DNA of 64,000 nt from Amoebophrya sp. A120 (lineage: Eukaryota; Protista; Dinoflagellata), in NCBI GenBank assembly GCA_905178155.1, contig CAJINV010000001.1, positions 1,305,767-1,369,766 on the forward strand, read 5' to 3'. The position numbers and the translations under genes were made by a program. This document shows positions 34,001 through 46,100 of this stretch, one piece after another. Under the pieces are notes generated by a model. The model searched no databases. It worked only from the letters and a program-made list of their open reading frames with translations, and had not been told where the DNA came from. Each line of letters opens with the position of its first letter. Within the stretch, counting starts at the first letter, position 1.

Positions 34001-35590
34001 TTATCGAGCACGGGAAAGTGGTCGTCACCTCCTACGAGCAGCTGTGCGACTGGTACTACTACCTGGCGCCCGCCAACTGGGAGCGGGTCTTCGCGTTTTG
34101 GAGTCTCTACTGCGAACACATGGAAGAGAAAAAGGTGGCTGGAGATGTTACTGGTACTGGTTCTCCAACCGCATCAAATACTTGGTCCTCCTCCGGTAAT
34201 ATTTCCTCCACGCCACCGTTGCTCCGGAAACCCAGACCCCGCGTTAGCATGAGCGCCGCGAGATTCTCGGGGAAGAACCACCCGATGCTTCTGTCGCACT
34301 ACTCCCCAGAAATGGATGTTTCCATCTGGAGCCCGAGTGGAAATAGTAAAACTAGCGTCGGCGGGATGATGAACGCTAAAAATGGCGAAAATGCAGACCA
34401 GAAAGACCACGCTGGTCGAGCATCTTCTGGGACTACTGGAACAAGCATCAATCAAGATAGTGACCGACTCTCTTTGTCGCCCTCGACGCCGTCGCGAGAA
34501 GCCGCCGCCCAGCAGAAGCTGCAGAATTTGCCCACAACACCTGAGCAGTTCACTCTCACTTCACCAAACGGTAATCATGTGTCTCTGACGAAGAGTGACG
34601 CGGAAGTGCAGATGAAATTGAAAACAAGACGCGAAGTAGGAGGCAACATTGCGATGAACAGGACCAGTAAAGATCTTCACTACCTCGTCCACCAGCCGCC
34701 AATTTTCGAGGAGAAGTGGTTTTGGGAGGAGGAAAAGCAGGCTTTTCCGGCTTCCTGGTATCAAATGCAAATATCCCTGGATGTCTGGAAGGATGCAACT
34801 TGTGATGCTGCGTCTGGATTCTACAAAAATCTGTATTGCATGAAAAGCAAAGAAAAGAGGTCCAGTTTTTGCCACGCCGAGAGGGCATTTCTCATGCGGT
34901 ATGAGCATCAGAAAGCCCTCGCTAAATCTCTGATGCTAGGGCATGCATCACAGACCTCATGGGTCATGCAAAATCTGCATGACAAACTCCTGCATTCTTC
35001 CAGCCCCAGACATTTTTGCAATCCATACCTGGGCGAGAGTAACGAAAACGGAGGACCCGGTAGAGCCGGAGGAACGGCATGAAGAAGGAGGACAACCACT
35101 GCATAATACATCTCCCGCCGAGGACCTGTATCGGGCGAGTTTCGTCAGTTCCCAGTATGATCGGCCGTCCAATATCGCGATCGACTTTGGCGTATCAAAT
35201 GCAAAAATGTCTGGGTCTGGAAGAATGCCAGACTTGTCATGCAGGTCTTCCATGACCCATGAGGTCTGGTATGTAGGACATAGCATGACAGATTCTGTGA
35301 GAGTTCTATGATGCCTATCCTGCATGAGAAACTGCCTCTCGATTAGGTCAAAAGTGGACAGCTTTTGGTAATGATGCAACACAGATTTTTACATGATTCA
35401 GAGTTAGCATGACAACCTGCTTTGTTCCAGACCCAGACGCATTTGCATTTGATATGGCGGCCGCCCGTCGGACGCTTCGAGGACGGATGATTTTTTTGCA
35501 AACGCGTACCTGCACTCCTCAGACTACTTGCTGCCGGGCCGGAGGAATTCCGAGCCGGACGATTTTCCCCGACCGGTCACTGAAGTTTGA
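31017..35590 (+). CDS. Ankyrin-repeat-containing protein (5' end uncertain)
   Basis: Ankyrin-like motifs GANVQARDCVGGHALIHLLA, FTALHSAALKGNAKAVVLFHLLGFDVN, ESPLWIAIQYGRTEVVRALLQCG and GESPLRVAEHLGFSEIATLL; four introners excise in frame; stop TGA ends at 35590. Confidence 0.8.
31902..32127. mobile_element. Introner family B
   Basis: TATGAGAGTGCACAACTCCCC...GGGGAGTTGTGCACTGTTATA; TSD GGCCC. Confidence 0.9.
32201..32521. mobile_element. Introner family D
   Basis: Family D ends; TSD AACGC. Confidence 0.9.
34759..35027. mobile_element. Introner family A
   Basis: Family A TIRs; TSD CCTGG. Confidence 0.9.
35193..35454. mobile_element. Introner family A
   Basis: Family A TIRs; TSD TGGCG. Confidence 0.92.
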
Positions 35591-36203
35591 GTTTTTTTGT
35601 AAAATGTTGAGAAATTGTACGTGCTAAAACTAACCCCAACGGTGATAGTGCTACTCTAGCTGCGCACCTGCACAACAACAATTTGCGAGTTGCTCTCGTA
35701 GCATGGATTTGCGTTTCTTTTGGCAGAACAAACTTGATGGAATGAATTTTATGCACCTTGCCACATCTTCTTTTCGTGTATGATTGATGCTCATTTTGTT
35801 TCGACATTTGCTTGTATTTTGAAAAATCAATGCACTTCTGCATGCGCATGAACAGTCACGTCATTTTTTTGTGGTCTTTGCAACGTCACTTAGTGCTGCC
35901 AGCTGCAGCCGTCTTCACACATAAATCATAGAAAAATTTACGTTACCATTTCCAAGAAGAAGTAAGCCACATAGAAATTCTTTCCATGAACGCGGTGCCG
36001 CCGGTAAGCTAGCTTCACCTGCTGGATCCTGCAGGACTTTCAACTATCGTCACAGTGTTAAAGTACTCTTCGCATTGGAAATAAATCTATCTTGCAACTA
36101 GGCTATGACTGTGTGTCCCCTTTTAGTCCTCTTCGGTAAGACTCGGTCCAATGTCTCTTGTCGTGCCTTACGATCACCAAGATAGAATGACAAGCGGTCG
36201 TTA

Positions 36204-39200
36204 ATGTCGTATTCAGAAGAAATAGACCCGGCTGGAATAAACGAAAGTTCTTCTAAATCACCGATCACAGAACTTCAATTTTTTGTCGTTTTGAAGAGCA
36301 AGCCTTTGACGAGACCGCAGACCCGGGAACGAAGATTCACACACAACGAACCAACTAGAATGAGTTCATCTTTGCATCAGCCTTCCAGTTCCTCCTCCTC
36401 CTCAACATCCAGGCTGCCACTTCCTGCGGACGACGAGCACGGCAACGAGCGACAAGAAGAACCGCACCAGCATGCAAGGTTCACCTCCCGCTCGCGGCCC
36501 GAGCGGCTGCTTGGTGGGGACAACTCTGATGAGGAGGATATTACCATGAATTTTGGGATGAACAGAAACACGCTGCTCGCGGGAGCTGCACCTGGTGGAC
36601 CGCAATCCTCGGCCAGCAGCGTCGTTGGGAAGGACAGCTACCTGAACGACGAAGACGAGGAGGAGGAGGACTTTGACGCGACAGACTGGAACAATTACGC
36701 CTTTCAAGAGCAGCAGCAGCAAATTATGTGGTCCTCTTCTGAGGACTCGGACGATCTGGAAAGTTACGATAGCGACGCCTCCCTGGAGTTTGCGCTTCTC
36801 GACAAGCAAAAATCGTTTATCAGCAAGCCCGCGGAATACATCGCGAATTACGTCGTCGACCTCCCCGGAGGGACGTCGGCGCGGCCCGTTAAGCTGAAGA
36901 TGAAAAAAAACATGCGCTGGGTCAAAACGAAGCCGCACAAGTGCTGCCCCAGGGTGGTCATCGGGTATGTTTTGGGGGGTGTTTCGATGGTGTTGTCCGC
37001 GTATTTTGGCCTGTATCTGGACCGGCTGTTCTTTCTCGACGGGGACGTTTATTCGGAGCAGTTTTTCGGAGAAGCGGTTGTAGAACTAGTACCTGAAGAG
37101 ATCACGATGACCTCCACAAAATTTGCTAGTACAGAGAGCAGGGATAGAACCATTTCAAGTTCTGGTGCGCTTCTGGGCAGCAACATTAATTTGAGCAATG
37201 AACGCAGAAACGAGAGGACCGAAGAACCGCGTGCGCAGGCGTTTCCTGGCCATGGTCTTGTGCGGAGAACTGCAGAGAAACTGTCCGACCTTCTGTCATT
37301 CGTGTGGAAGAAAACTTTCGGTGGGAACAAGATGAGTACAACGACCGTCGTGCTACAACGTGCAGCATCACCCAAGGAGAAGAAGATTCGCTTTCTTCTC
37401 CGCAGCTTCACCGTGAAAACGCCCGCGCGCACGAAGCGCGATTGGCTCGCCCAACTGGGAATGGACAAGGTCAAGGAGCTTCTGCTTTCAAAGGGCCCAC
37501 TGGGAATACTACGACGGAGTACAACTATTCCGATGTTGCCCGTCACGACGTCGCTCCTGCCCAGGTCGGATTTTTTCGTACGGACCGCTACTGAAGAGCA
37601 ACAGCGCCGTGATTTTTACAGCGAGATAGAAAATGTTGAACAACGTCGCGGGCAAATAATAAAACAAGCGGAAATGTCGGTGGTAAAAGATGCAGAGCCG
37701 ATTGCTGGTGCACAGCAACAAGACCAACATCTTCGCACTCCTTCGAAAAAACCTCCACGACGGTATCATGCAAACAATCCAAACCAAGACCAACCAATGG
37801 ATGAGTTTCCTGACCTGCAGCTCCCAGCGCGCAGCCGCGAACGGCGTGGGACGGGGACGACCATGACTGTAGCTGTATCAAATGCAAAAATGTCTGGGTC
37901 TGGAAGGTCACAACTTGTGATGTTGTCTGTGGATTCTAAAAAAATTTGTATTGCATGACCTGCAAGAGGTGTCGGGTTTGTCCTACGCGGAGAGGGCATT
38001 TCTCATGCGGTAGAGGTATCACAAAGCCCTCTAAAAATCTGTGATGCTACGGCATGTATTACAGACATCATGGCTCATGGAAAATATGCATGACAAATCT
38101 CCCAATCTTCCAGACCTAGATGTTTTTGCATTTGATAACCTGCAGGTGCTGCCAACTACCGCGAGTCCAGCGCGGCGTCGAGTGCGACCAGCGTGGTTCG
38201 TATGAAATGCAAAAATGTCTGGGTCTGGAAACTTGTGATGCAAGTCAGTCAATAACAAACGCACTCTAATGCGCCACCAAGCATGACAAGTTGCTTCGTG
38301 CTTCTGTGCTGCGTATTCCGCATGAGAAACTGCGTTTTTGCATCACAGGCGAGAGAGGCAGCTATTTGTGGCCACGCAATATAGAACTAAGGACCATGCC
38401 AGATCAGCATGACAAATCTCGCAATCTTTCAGACCCAGACATATTTGCATTTGATAGCTCGTCGAGGCAGGTGGAGCGCGCCAACGACGGCCAGGGTGAT
38501 GGTACCACAACAACAACCCGCGGGGGCACCCGCGTGGCGCCATTTGGACCGCACGCGCTCGCCGGCTTTGCCGAGAAGAAGTCTGCTACCCCCGCCGGAT
38601 TCGCTTGGGAACAGGAATACCAGTACCAACAACACGACCGGGGTCGCGCCTTACCTTCCCCGCAGAGCAACTGTGCTTGATGTTGTCCCTCCGCGAAGAA
38701 CCAGTGATCCAGGCGACAATCTTGATTCGGGCGGTGTTGGCAAGAATCCAGCTTCAGCTGCTCCAGTGTCAAATTCTATTCCCCGTGCAGCAGGTGGCCG
38801 TCCGTACTCGTCGGTCGAACAGCCTCTCTTTCAGTTCACTGTGCAGTGGCACTACCTGCAATCTCCGGTTGAAGACGAAGACGAGGAAGAGAGCAGTGCA
38901 AGAAGTGCCGTCTTCACTTCGGAGCAAGCAGCATCAAGGGAAGAGGAACAACAAACGGCTCATCTGGACCGCGACGCAGGGTCAGCGTCAAACAGCGAGT
39001 CGTCAGCATCCACTTCAGCGCCCCCCGCGGCACGGGTGTTCTCCTTCGAGTTGGGGAGCCGGATCGAGAAGCTGCTCGTCGAAAGACTGGAAGAGAGCGC
39101 GGAGGAAGTTGTGAGTGGTACAAACAAGGCGCAGCCGGTGGTCGACGAAAAACTTGATGTTGAGCACGCATCGGAACATGAAGGGGGCGAAATATTAAAG

Positions 39201-42200
39201 CGTCAGTGGGCACCCATGATGTACTGCGGGTTTGAGGACCGGGTACTGTTGACGCATCAGCAACCACAAGACGTCGATGTTGAACTACAACCCGGAGAAG
39301 TTGTTGCCTCTAGTACTACAACGGAAAATGTTTTCCGCGACATGGGCTGCGTTTTGATTCTCGCACGGCTGAAGACGGAGTTTTCGCCCCACCCCGTGCT
39401 CACCGAACCGGAGTTGGCGACGTTCGAGATGGGCTTGGAGAAGCTCGTCTCGCACAACCCGCTCTTTTTCTATGGAACCACGCCTGATGCAGAGCACGTG
39501 CAGTTTTTCCCAGGAGCCGGGGACAAGAGTAAAGGGAATGGACGCGTAGTTCCTGCTGCTGTTGAGAGTACGTCAGCTGGCGATAGTACAACGAACGTGT
39601 CAAAATTGAAGCGGAGGCGACGCTCCTCTTCGGCTGCAGGAAACCGCGAACGACAAAACGACCCCTCAGCGGCCGCGAGTGAAAAAAGTTGTCGTGCACA
39701 TCAAAACGGCGCTGCTAGACCATCTTCGTCCGTGACTGCACACGAAGATCGTGCGGGTGGAACTAAAAGCGAAGAATTTTGTTCTACTTCCGTCGGCGAT
39801 CACCGGGAGAGCGCGGGGACAGTCTCGTCGTCCAGGGCTGGTACAATTACAGAGGAGGACCATGCAAGAGAAGATAGGACAAGAACTACCCGCTCCTCGC
39901 GCTCGGGACTGCACTTATCTTCTGACGTCAAAAATGAAAGGGGCGAAGATCATGACGATCCGGTGGGAGGACCACAGGCTGCTGCACCCGCGGCTCTGGA
40001 GTCCATTGTCGAGGAGCAACCTCCGCCGGCCCCTGTTGCACCACCACTACCCTTTCACCACCCCTTCTTCGCCTGGGGCCCCCTGCATCCGTTCACGCTC
40101 TCGCGCCATTTGCAGAACAGCGTGAGATTGTCCCAGTTAGAGGCATCAAACAGGACCGTTTGTGAGGCTGCAAAAAACGATAAGGCGAAACAGGCTGTGG
40201 AAGTAGTAGGGGGACGAGAGAACCACGCAGCTGCTGTGTTCTTGCAATCGTCGATGACAGGAGGTACTAGCGGGTCGAACTCCGTTCTTGTAGTGCCACC
40301 CGATCACTCACATTCTCCTGCAGATGATCTTCGTCTACAACAACATTCCGCAAAAACAGCTGGCCCCGACAGCGTCAAATCGAATGCGACCTTATCATGC
40401 TCCGGTGCGGTTGTAGGTGCAGAAGCCTCGGGAACAACGTCAGCACGACTCGGTGAATCAACGGGAGAACCACGCGAGGCTCTTGCAGAGAAAAGGCATC
40501 CTCCAGAACAAAAATCAGAAGAGGGACTGGATTATTCTATTGGTCATGGCGGAACAAGAGCTGCGGCAGAGGTACCCGCTGACCGACTGTCTTCGAGAAT
40601 TGTCACAGAAACCGAAGTTCTGCGTCTAAAACCGGTAACGACACTAAACGCGCTCGCCGGACAGGTGCTTGACCAAAACAGCCGCGCATCTAGAGCTGCA
40701 GGGCCGAGGGTAGCAGGAGCCTCGGCTGTTGTGCAGCCAGGTCCTCAAGCTACTTCCATGCCCTCGAATAACCCGCACGATCTTCAAAGCAGGGCTGTAC
40801 TAAAAACGGCGACGACCACAGCCACGTCCGATCCTAACACCCCGAACCCGGCAGGTCTGCGATTCGCGAAACTGGTGGCCGACTTTTTTCGCACGTCGAT
40901 CGCAGACAGATTACTCCTTCTCGGCGGGGATCTTCACGACAAAACGCACTTTTACCTCGCACAGGGAAAGACAAAAATGTCCATTCGCGAAAGCTGTGTG
41001 CGCGACGATGAGGAGGAATTTGCGGACGATGTTGATCCGCTGCAGCACCCAGCGACCTCCACCTTGGACGCTGTTCCAGAGCATGGCTTACAACAGCGAG
41101 CGCAATCTACCACTTCCAGTGGCGTGCTTCCACAAGCCCAAGTGCATGGCACAGCAGCAACAGGATCGACATCTTCGGGAGGAGGTTCTTGCGCTGTTAA
41201 TATCTCGGATGGAGGCGACCCAGAGATCGGGTACACCACGCCGCAGGAGCTGGGGCATTTAGTGCGAGAGCGGTTCATGGAGTTGCTGTCGAAAGTAACG
41301 GCGCAGAATGATCGGCAAAATGCGGTTACAGGTGGCCAACAAGAAGGCGCATCGGAGAATGATCCGCTTTTGTTTAATGAGTTTTTCAACGCACCGCAGG
41401 CCAGGTGGCACATGATCAGCCAGAGAACCGTCGATAACGATAGTAACGATGACCAAGGAATTCCTGCGATCGTGGTTTCTCGGTTGGTTGAGGCGCCTGC
41501 TCCTGTCCCTGCGGAATCTACTTCGGAAGCACTGCCTTCGGAAGCACGGCGGCAAAGTGAGGCAGAGCTGCGAGCACTTGGAGATGGTGCAGGGTGTGCA
41601 AGCAAAGCTGAGTCAGATGAGCGTGGCAGTTCCACCGTAGGACCGACAGCACCAGAAGGGCCAGGCATGATAGATTGCAGTACTCCTACAACTGCTTATC
41701 AACCCCCTCGCGTTCATCTTCAAGGAGCTTCAGTTCCTGGCTCAATGCGAGAGGAGCAGGCTAAAGAAGCGGAACAGGCCAGCGCCAGGGATCATGCAGT
41801 CGCAGAAGCTTTGCGGTTGCGCTCATCTGACCTGCCTGTTGTACGCCAAGTTGTAAATAAACAAGCGTCGAAAGCAGGAGGTGCAGCGACGCCCAGCTCT
41901 CAAATGAGGAGGCAACTTTCGCCTGCCAGCTCACCAGAAGAGGGACCCTCTTGTACTAGTTCTGAACTAGAAGACGAGGTCAGTGGTCCAGAAGACGTCT
42001 TTGAAGGTGTTGCTGGGAAGCATGATATTATTAACGTGGAGGCACCTGCAGCTCCAGTAGTATCTAGGTCGACGATGTTGAAAACGGCAGCAGGTCGAGT
42101 CGCGGATGAATCCCCGGCACACGAACAGCCATCCGATCCACCTCCCGGGGCCCGTAAAAATCCACACCAATCAGGACGGGATAGTCCTTCGAGACCGATG

Positions 42201-42383
42201 AAAAATTCCGAAGCTCTGAATAGTCGAGGAGCTCCTGCTATATCACCTCGATTTGTAGTACCACGACAAGCTGCACCACCGACGCCGCGGCCATCCGAGC
42301 ACAACCGGGGAGATCCGGAAAACTTGCGGCGGGCAATAGACTATTACAATCTCCAGGATGAAGACATGCGGCATATCGAATGA
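36204..42383 (+). CDS. Large low-complexity protein with one putative transmembrane segment, function unknown
   Basis: ORFs 36204-37958 and 38409-42383 join in frame through mini-exon 38143-38200 after removal of two introners; hydrophobic stretch VVIGYVLGGVSMVLSAYFGLYL; the start may be ATG 36360. Confidence 0.75.
37876..38137. mobile_element. Introner family A
   Basis: Family A TIRs; TSD AGCTG/ACCTG. Confidence 0.9.
38201..38456. mobile_element. Introner family A
   Basis: Family A TIRs; TSD GTTCG/GCTCG. Confidence 0.9.
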
Positions 42384-43115
42384 GTAGAACAATTGGTATG
42401 AAATAAGTTCCGCTAGCTGCATTTGGCGGGCTCGGGCTGCCTTTTCTATTCTTGTCCTTACTTTCCCCTTTAATACGGAGCCGCGAGAGGCTTCCTTATT
42501 CACGACCTAGAGCTGCTTCATCCCGGTGGACGAAAATTAATGAACTGTGACAACTGTAAGTTGGAGACGAAGATCTTCGTTTCATGGAAATGTACGCAAA
42601 CTTTCTTTCTACACACACAATGTACACCACCATAAGTATACAATTAGATGGAGGCGATTTTCGTCAATGAAGGCTGGAACTTGTGCGAATGTGGGTGGTC
42701 ACGAACTCATCTTTCATCTGCTCTCAAGCAGTGTGTCGAGAATCTTCTATGTTCTGCTCTACTTTTTAACAACTACAAATTCTTCCACGAGCGCTGTAAG
42801 AAGTCGTCGCGAAATCAAGTGCAACAAGCAAAGGAAATGGCGGAGTTTGTGTAATACTCGTATGTATTGGCTCTTCTGGGAGCGTGAACGTGAGGCATTC
42901 AGGCTCTTGGTGAAGAAAAGTCAAAGGGCTGCTGACCAGTAGGGAGCGGAAGGAAATAATTTAGAGAACGTTGATGGAGAAAATCTTATGGGGACAAAAA
43001 GAAAGAACCGCGCAGCGATCTACTTTTGAAGGCAATGAATCTACTCGCAGCGGACTTCGCAGAGCCACCTTAGCACGGGACCTGCACCTCCCACCTTCGC
43101 AAGTCCAATCACAAG

Positions 43116-46100
43116 ATGGCGATCCCTGCCCTGCTCGAGGTTGAGATTCTCGAGGGGTCGGGGTTTAAACACGAGGGCTCGCACATGGTGGAGGCCAGAG
43201 TCGATGGCTTTCCGCCGCAGAGGACCGAGTGGGCGACGGACGATGATTACGCGTTCTTTTCCGGCGGAAGAACCGGAAAACGGTTTCTCAGCAGCGGTCC
43301 CCATGGCTGCATGCAGTTCAACAACGTCGTGTATCTGCAACAGATGGACCGGTTTGTCTACTTCACTTTGATTCACAAACGCATGTTTTCCGACCACAAG
43401 CGGTGTGGCGAGGCGTTCGTGAAGCTAGCCGCGCCCGTCGAGAAGAGCGTGTCGACGGCGAAGCTTTTCACCGTCGCGTTGGAGCACAAAATGCGGTTCG
43501 CTGGGTCGCTACAGGTGCGGATTTCCTACAGCTACCTCTCGCGGAACGGGCAGGCGCCGCGGATCGAGCGCCCGACAGGAGGAGCAGCGTATGCGAGTGC
43601 AAGAACAACTACTACATCCAGAGTCGGAGCATCTACATCAATGGCAGCCCCGCCGCGCGCTGGCACAACTTATGCGCCTCGTGCGGACGGGAGGGTTCTC
43701 TCCGAGGAGGAGGCGACCCGGCGGGAAATCGAGAAGGCTTTGCGCGCGGACGGCGGAGATTTGAGCGCGCAGGCAGCGATGCTGAACCAGTTTGAGCAGC
43801 GGAAGCAAGCCTCCTCGCCCTCCGCCTCCTACCATGCCTCCAGTCCCAGCAGTCATGGTAGGGGCTCGCCGGCGTCCAGCCCCGGAGGCAGTTCGCCCGG
43901 CACCACCAGCCCGGCGATGAGTCCGCAAATGGGAACAAATGTCGAACAAAGAGCCAGGCCACGAGGGCCACCACCGCGTGATGTAGCGGCAAGTGGTCCT
44001 AAGAGCACCTCGTCCTCATCCCGCGTGCACTATGTCCACGAGCCCCCGCCAACGCCACCGGACAGTCCCTTTCGCGGTCCGGGCTTCAGCAGCGCTGGTA
44101 GCTCGCCCGTACCGCCGTCGGCTGGTGGTCGTGTGCAACCGAATGGAAGTAGCCGTCATGATCAGCAGTCCTCTTCGACTTCCGGCCGGCGAGGAGAACC
44201 GCCGCCGAGCAACTATGGCAGCAGCAGTACTAGCAACGCGCACACGAATTATAGTACAACTAGTAGACCACAAGGCGCCACGAGTACAACTTCTAGTGCG
44301 GCAGCAGCTTCTAAAGGCAGACCACCCAACACTGCATCAGCAAGCGCCCCCGCGGGTGCGACGAGGCGCGCGACGGACCCAAGACCCGACCCCCGCCCGA
44401 AGAGCACCGGTGGTGGCCCTACAAGTGCCTCGGCGGGTGCGAAGTCAAATGATAACCATCAATCGCAGCCGCCGCCGAAGTATGAATTGCAAAAGCATCC
44501 GCATCGTACTCAGTAAAGATCGCATGACAAATTGGCTCAGTATGAGAAACGAAATTTGTCACGCGAACTCACCTCAAGAAGGCGATCGAAATTTGTAAAT
44601 GCATGATTGTGATTTTTACGCGATACTTTTGCACAGGATACGAAGAAGAAAGCCGCGCCGCCACCGCCGGAGCCGGAGATTGACCCGGAGGAAGCGATAT
44701 GCACTCCGCAAATATTTATAATGTCGGGGTTTGGAAAGTTCGACTTCGAACTTGTGATGCTGGTCTTACTTTCCTGCGAAATCTGTATTGCATAACAAAA
44801 GCCGCAGCCTCTTTTGTCATGCAAAAACGCACTTTCTGTTTGTGTTTCTCATGCGAGCTGCGTATGCGAAAGCGTTCTCGAGGACGAAAGTGGTCATGCT
44901 TGGCTTCATTCGGAAGCGTTTCCACCATCGTTCACATTTTAGCATCACAAGTATTTCCAGACCGCCCAGATTGATGATTTGCCCTGCATAAGCGAAGCGA
45001 GAAAAAGAGCTGGAGGAGAAGAGGAAGGAGATCAAAATGCAAGCCAGGGCGAGCCAGCTGGCGAAAGTGCGGGCCATGAGCGACACCTCGTCTCCGTCGC
45101 CCGCGACGAAGTCACCGTCACCAGTGTCCCCGGTGCAGCGGCGGGTCATCGTAGAGAAGGTGCGCAGCCCGGACACAGTGGGGGCCGCGTCATCATCGGT
45201 GACCGCAAGCCCGTCCGGGAAAGACGTAAGTAGTCCCGACGTGTCCGCATCTGGCAGTCCCAGCGCTGCGGCCGGGGGTGCGACGACGCCGGCGAAGGCC
45301 GCGTCGAGTATTGATCCGAATATGAAAGCGAGCAGTGCTGGGGTGAACAAGAAAAACAGCGAAGCTGCTGGTGGTGATGGAGCGAAAGAACCGCAACAAC
45401 AGCCCGCACCGGACGACGAAACTGCAACAGGAACAACACATCAATTTAGGTCGGCCGCTTCGAAACAAGCCAGCGCCCCCGCCACGGCTTCATCATCATC
45501 TGGGCTACCAAGAAGTAAAGCGTCAGCTGCGTCCGCCACCACCCCTCCTCCCGCAGTGGTTTCAACGGCACCAGCAACAACTGGTGCTCGCGATCCGTTT
45601 GACTTTGAGGTGCCGAGCGAGAAGGGCGAGCGCTTGCGCAAATTCCTCCATTATCCACGAAAAGAACGTTGTTAGTGTAAATTTGTGATTCGCAACATGC
45701 AAGATGATTGCGTCCGTCATGCTTGGCATCCATTGTAGGGTCCATCAAAGGGCGTTTTCACGACGTACTATCTGCGCATGACAGGTTTTTGCTGTCATGC
45801 CAGACAGATATGCTGTTCCTCCAAAAAAGTTACAATGTTTTTTTTTCTTGGATATCCATACGAAGAGGAACAGTACGAGCACTCGTGGTCCTGTTGCAGG
45901 ACCTGCTGCCAACAATCCCTACAACGACGCAGTTTACGGACACGGGCAGATGATGGCCCCGAAGACAGAACGCTTTATGGAATAGGGAATAGGGAGAGAT
46001 AGGGAGAGTAGGGAGATAGGGAGAGTCCCCCTAAAAGGGGGCAGCAAAAACAAAACCAAACTGATCGCAAACAGCATGGCACGGCCACGACAACATCTTT